Assembly: GCA_000004985.1 (NCBI GenBank)
Contig: GG738881.1
Origin: Naegleria gruberi
Taxonomy: Eukaryota
DNA length: 64,000 bases
Direction: 5' to 3' (one strand)
Part shown: positions 59,197 through 64,000 of the stretch, piece after piece
How positions within the stretch are numbered: position 1 is the stretch's first letter
Layout: every line of letters begins with the position of its first letter
Position numbers and translations under genes: made by a program
Notes under the pieces: model-generated
What the model saw: the letters and a program-made list of their open reading frames with translations, nothing else
Databases searched by the model: none
What the model was told of the DNA's origin: nothing

Positions 59197-61192
59197 TTAA
59201 TTACAGCATACACTAACACAACAAACTGTGACATCATCTGATTTTCCATGGCGTTTAAATTCTCCTGTCATTTTGCTTAAACCCATGGAGAACGGTGTAT
59301 GGATTGGTAAATTCTGAGAGCTATATCTCTTGACAGCTTCCTGAACTAATTTTTTAGCAATACTATGACAACTAGTTCCAGCTTTCATTATCTTTAAGAT
59401 ATCTTGGTCAAATAAATTATCAAAAAGTCCATCTGTTGCAAGGATGATAAAATCACCTTCTCGTAATGTGCAACAATTAATTTGTAAATCAGCACTACTT
59501 GGATCGTCCTTTATCAGCTCATCACTGTCCAATTCTGGCGGTATGATGGACAATTGATAAGGTGCATTAAAGTAGTGTTGTTGTTCCTTAGTTCTGTAAA
59601 TAACCTTATTCTTCTGTTTGTTTACGACTGCAAAGCCTGAATCTCCTAGGTTGGCATATGATAATTGGTACAAGTTTTGAGGAAGAGGTTTAAGGAAGAG
59701 AACGCAAGCAGTTGTTCCTCCAGCCTTCACTTGATTCAGTTCAGTCATTAATCTAAAAGCTCTTTCTAACAGTATTTTTGGATGAATAACTTGAGGAAGT
59801 TCCAATGCTTTCATTACAGTTGATTCATATTCTTTAGGTATTGTGTAATTATTCTCTGAAATGATTTGATTGATTTGGTCTGCACAGAGTAGCATTTTAC
59901 AATTCCACATTAATTGACGTGATACTAAGGATGGATCAATTTCGAATGCCATCCAACCGCCTACTCCATCTGCAATGCCAAAACTATAAACTTCATGTTT
60001 TGTACTATAACAACAATAGTATGCATCTTCACCTGTTGGGTGAGTAGATTCATCACACATTGGTTTTTGTTTGCTGTAAACTGAAACTTTGAGAGCTTTT
60101 TCACTTGTAGCTGCTCCACCATTTGGATCATTTGGATTTGCAGCGTTATTTGCCTTCTTAATTCTATATTGTAAATTCAATTTGTTTTTCGGAATTGGTG
60201 GTGGTGAGAGGAGAGGAACTTTGGTGGGAGAGATTGAATCATATTGTTTCATTGGTCCGGTTGTTGACTGTACATCGAAAGAGTTCTATTATTTCAAATA
60301 TGATATTCCACCAACATTACCAAAATATCAAATAATTGTTTGGATAGGATTTTCAAATATTTAGCAATGAGACAACAGTACTTACCTTTGATAAGGTCGC
60401 ATGTGGTGTAATGTATGAGGCCTCAACATCAATCTCTTCTTCATCTTCAACATAATGTGAGGCTGTTATTGGAGTTAGGGGTTGCTTATTTGAAAGGGTT
60501 AGAGGTGCTATTGGACGAGAAGATGGTGATAGAGATTGAAAATCTCTTCGCTCACCATCTTTCTTCCTTCCCAATGGTGTAAGAGGTTGCTTATTGGAGA
60601 GAGAACCAAGAGTGCCCGAATTTCCAGTTGCATTGACACTGAAAGAATTCCTCATTGGTGCATGATGGTCTCCAACATTTCCTGCTGATGAAATTGATCT
60701 CTTACTATTACCTCCTCCTGTAGATGAGAAGAAATGTATGAGAGGGGATGAGTTAGGTTTTGGTGAGGTAACTTTTGGATCCAGTGCTCCTGAAGAATTT
60801 GTATTTCCACTACCTGTTGTTCCAATACTACTACTAAGAGAATTTAATTTGTTTTTACCTCCTGGCTTGGCAGAGGATAATTGTTTTGATCGAGAAGAAC
60901 CCGATGGTGTACTCGAAGAAACAATAGCAACAATTCCACTACCACCCGAAGATGGCGAACCACTATTTCCAAATCCATTTACACTACCACCAACAACAAT
61001 ACCACTACTTCCCACACCTCCACCAAGAGGTCGTGCAGAGAAGGAAGGAGATGAAGATCGAATGCCTGCTGTAGTTCCCTTCTTCATTTTTACTTGTTGG
61101 AGAAAATTTTGAGAAGTTGTGTTGTTGCTATTGCTTGGCGTTGCTGGTCTGCCAGTTATTTCAATACCAGGGAATGGTTTTAAATTGTACAT
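59197..61192 (-). CDS. PP2C-family protein phosphatase of the PTC7/PPTC7 type with an S/G/T-rich N-terminal extension. Two exons.
   Basis: Exon 1 61192..~60374 (S/G-rich) ends ..ATLSK|GTAAGT. Acceptor ..aataatag at ~60286. Exon 2 has ..SFGIADGVGGW.. (PTC7-type metal-binding motif), ..ILATDGLFDNLFDQD.., and ..HGKSDDVTVCCVSV... Confidence 0.8.
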
Positions 61193-61869
61193 GATTTTGG
61201 CGCGAAAAAAATAGGAACAGTTGTTTTTTGACTCTTATGCTGCCTTATTAATGAGGTGCTCTTGTACGGCAATTAACTTGGACAGTGTGCTCTGTCCTTG
61301 AAGACTTGATATGAGTTTGAGGAAAGGAATCGGAGAGTGAGAGGATTGCTTTTCAATAATAATGGGTCGAGTGTTTTATCTTGTTGCTCCTCTGTTATGA
61401 TAATGATGGCCTGAGACTGAGGTTCTTTGATTTACCCAATGAAGTGCTAAATGATGTGTTCTTATTCTTTTTGGAGATGTAAATGAAGATGTCTGGGCGG
61501 ATTTTCAGAAAATTATGATAATGATGGCAAAACACAAGCATTATCAAGTTCAAATATTCAACAAGTTGTTTATCAAGTGACTGGCGATTGAGAGAGATTG
61601 AAACAGCAACTCGATTGGTGCTCTTTTTTTAGAGAAGTTGATTGTCTAAAAAGATAGTACTAGAAATTAATACGAAAATGAAGAGATTGTGATCTTAATT
61701 GGAAGTTTTCAGTGAGGAGAAAACAATATTCGAAATTAAAGAGTATTCAAAGAGATGTAAACTGGATCTGTCAAGATTTCATTACCAGTATCAAGGTTTA
61801 AGTACTGAAACAAGTAAGCAAACAACCAACTGCTACTGCCACCAACACACCTAAGAATGAATAACGATT

Positions 61870-62961
61870 TTGCCTCTGTGCACAGAAACTATGGGAAACG
61901 AAGATGTTATTTTTGGTCTTACATGTTGCAAGTCAACGTCAGCCATCATTACAAAAAAAACGTTAGAAAAAAAAATGGCAACTCAAAATATTATTCATCA
62001 CCCTCTGTATCCTTCGGTGCTTGCCAGTCAAAGTGTTACCATTGCGGATGGTCATCGTCACTATAAAAACATTTCCGCACAACCAACAACAGTGACAAGT
62101 GAAGACATTAAGAGAAAGTTACATGAAATTGGTGACAGTGAAATTCCGAATCAAACACAAACTTCAATTGATGTCTCTGTACAAAATGATAACGGTTCTA
62201 TCATCAATCAATTATTTAGTAGTTATTTACAACAAACTTCATATCCTACAATTATTGAAAGTGAGCTTCCTACACTTTCAGAACCACAACCATCACAAGC
62301 CGATGATGTGTTAATTGGCATGACAGCAATGCACACTCTTGCAAAGATTGAACTACAAAGCTTGTATAATTTATGTGAGGATTATATTGACAGAATGCAT
62401 CACACTTTACATATTGAAAAACAAAACGCCAAACAAAATGCCAAACAAAAAGTACAATATCCTTTAGTTTATACCGGATCCAGTATTGCTGGTTTTAACA
62501 GTCAAGGAGGTAACTTGGCATTTGGTCAATCAAGTGGAGACGATCAAACAGATCAAATGGATCAAAATGATAATGGTTCTGATGGATCTGGACTTGATGA
62601 TGATTACTCATTATCTGATATGAAGAAACCAGAAGATGTTGTTAAGGAATTGAAGAAACGTTATTCTGGAGAAGTTTTAAATCTTGCTAAAAAGAAGAAG
62701 AATTTCTGTAAATCATCAACAGACGTATTAAATGTTTGGTTTTTCCAACATTTACATGATCCATATCCAAGTGATGATGAAAAGAGAGTTCTTTCACAAC
62801 AAACTGGACTCTCACTTTCTCAAGTTAACAATTGGTTTGGTAACAAGAGAATGAGATATAAGCGTAAAATGTTGGAACAAAATAGAAAGAATGGAAAATC
62901 TCAAGAGGACGAATCTCAACAATTACAATTCCATAATGATCAAGATTTTAATTTTAATTAA
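61870..62961 (+). CDS. TALE-class homeobox transcription factor, copy 2 (paralog of the 25920..27206 gene). The true start is probably the internal Met (MATQNIIHH, ~61975).
   Basis: C-terminal homeodomain ..FCKSSTDVLNVWFFQHLHDPYPSDDEKRVLSQQTGLSLSQVNNWFGNKRMRYKRKML is very close to copy 1 (..VLNDWFFANLQNPYPSEDEKKGLVDQTTLSLLQINNWFSNKRVRYKRKMQ). Acidic/N-rich middle region. No intron at the PYP position, unlike copy 1. Confidence 0.8.
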   Translation: MPLCTETMGNEDVIFGLTCCKSTSAIITKKTLEKKMATQNIIHHPLYPSVLASQSVTIADGHRHYKNISAQPTTVTSEDIKRKLHEIGDSEIPNQTQTSIDVSVQNDNGSIINQLFSSYLQQTSYPTIIESELPTLSEPQPSQADDVLIGMTAMHTLAKIELQSLYNLCEDYIDRMHHTLHIEKQNAKQNAKQKVQYPLVYTGSSIAGFNSQGGNLAFGQSSGDDQTDQMDQNDNGSDGSGLDDDYSLSDMKKPEDVVKELKKRYSGEVLNLAKKKKNFCKSSTDVLNVWFFQHLHDPYPSDDEKRVLSQQTGLSLSQVNNWFGNKRMRYKRKMLEQNRKNGKSQEDESQQLQFHNDQDFNFN

Positions 62962-62986
62962 GTTTTTGTAAATTTGTAAATAAAAA

Positions 62987-64000
62987 CTACCAAGCAAAGT
63001 GAACTAGATAACCACAACCAATACCAATTGCTGATCCAAACAACAATCCAGTATTAAGGAAAAAGTTCATCAGGTAGGCTGCCTTTTCTTGTTCTCCAGT
63101 TTTAACAACTGATGGACCACTTGCCATACCAATTGAACAGCAATAACCATTGGTCAAACCAAAGAGAGCTAAAATAATACTAAACCAAATTGGTTGAGTA
63201 ATATAAAGTGGATTAACACAGAAAATAATCACTGGAACAAATCCCAATCTAAGTAAAATTAAAATCCACAATTGTTTGTGAGTAAGCAGAATTGTTCTCT
63301 TCCAGTTTGGTAAAGCTCTTCCAATACAATCAAAAATATTGAAAATTGAAAGAGTAATAATTGGATTCCAAGACATGTGAATATCCTTTCCCTCGTTAAT
63401 GTATCTGATATCAGTAATCAAACCAGGTGTCAGTGAAAATGTAGTAAGGAAGGTAACAAAAATACCAAGACCAGGAGACCACAACTTTCTCATGAGAGAC
63501 AACCAAGTAATACCAAAATCATTCATATTCACACTAATATCTGGTACTTCTGCCTTTTCAGTAATCAAGCTTTGAGTATCAAGATCTTCAGTAATATCAT
63601 CACCATCTCCATTTAAATTTCCAATAGAGGCAATACTCTGTGGAGCATCTTCATTGGATCCTGAGAAATTATCTTCTTCCTTCNNNNNNNNNNNNNNNNN
63701 NNNNNNNNNNNNNNNNNNNNNNNNNNNNNNNNNNNNNNNNNNNNNNNNNNNNNNNNNNNNNNNNNNNNNNNNNNNNNNNNNNNNNNNNNNNNNNNNNNNN
63801 NNNNNNNATTCAAACAAATGACACAAGTCAACATGAATATCTTATCATAGGTTTGTTCATTATTATTAAATCCATATTGATTGACTAAAATCACATTAAT
63901 AAACAATGTGACCAATACACAAACAAAATTCAATGCATATCCTAGGAAAATAAATTGTTCTACTGTAAATGTTTGTGCTTTTAAAGTATGTACAGATTTC
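62987..64000 (-). CDS. Equilibrative nucleoside transporter (ENT/SLC29 family), 3' part. The gene crosses the N-gap and runs off the window end.
   Basis: C-terminal half ..LSIFNIFDCIGRALPNWKRTILL...LLRLGFVPVIIFCVNPLY...FGLTNGYCCSIGMASGPSVVKTGEQEKAAYLMNFFLNTGLLFGSAIGIG.. matches the ENT1 C-terminal TM9-11 region as recalled (FNIFDWLGRSL...NGYLASLCMCFGPKKV). Upstream TM-like ORF 63840..64000 is in the same orientation. Confidence 0.7.
63684..63807. other. Assembly gap (124 N).
   Basis: Run of n characters in the supplied sequence. Confidence 1.

Noticed and set aside
1-64000. Prokaryote-type systems (CRISPR arrays, toxin-antitoxin pairs, IS elements, operons)
   Set aside because: The sequence is clearly eukaryotic, with spliceosomal introns, poly-Q/N proteins and eukaryote-only families (ATG8, DMAP1, NAA50, NEK, TALE homeobox). 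The only direct repeats are coding tandem repeats. No inverted-repeat-bounded elements were seen.

Overview
The window reads as nuclear DNA from a dictyostelid social amoeba. It is AT-rich, has short GT..AG introns of roughly 40-130 nt with GTAAGT/GTATGT donors, long poly-Q/N/S tracts in proteins, and almost no gaps between genes. I see no prokaryotic features (no operons, CRISPR or IS elements), no rRNA and no convincing tRNA. About 33 protein-coding genes on both strands fill it. The ones I can name from motifs are: an RCC1-repeat protein (3' part), a SUKH+DUF4116 protein with an in-frame stop, a membrane hybrid histidine kinase, a Q/N-rich nuclear protein, an unusual ~26 x 21-aa tandem CysCys-repeat protein, a prominin-like pentaspan membrane protein, NAA50-type N-acetyltransferase, an IQ + ATP-grasp protein, a NEK kinase, two paralogous TALE homeobox genes, a cytochrome P450, a VPS9-domain protein, a WW-ankyrin-PH protein, a DHHC palmitoyltransferase, an intronless C39-like peptidase, an ACSS3-like acyl-CoA synthetase, a TPR-CobW (COG0523) GTPase, a SHAQKYF Myb protein, an SLC25 mitochondrial carrier, DMAP1/SWC4, ATG8, an atypical Rho GTPase, a PTC7-like PP2C, a type-II membrane protein, and an equilibrative nucleoside transporter that crosses a 124-N assembly gap. 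The most unusual item is the gene at 9005..11546, a unique N-terminal domain followed by a 63-bp-period near-identical tandem array encoding repeats of the form MNQKGECCNVAKxNxNxxxLxPS, with an apparent 1-bp frameshift inside the array. Other oddities are an in-frame TAA splitting a DUF4116 gene, a P450 whose heme-loop Cys-Ile codons fall on an apparent 5-nt micro-exon, and a Rho GTPase with non-canonical G1/G3/G4 residues. All calls rest on reading the sequence and ORF translations and on recalled family motifs. No database search was run.
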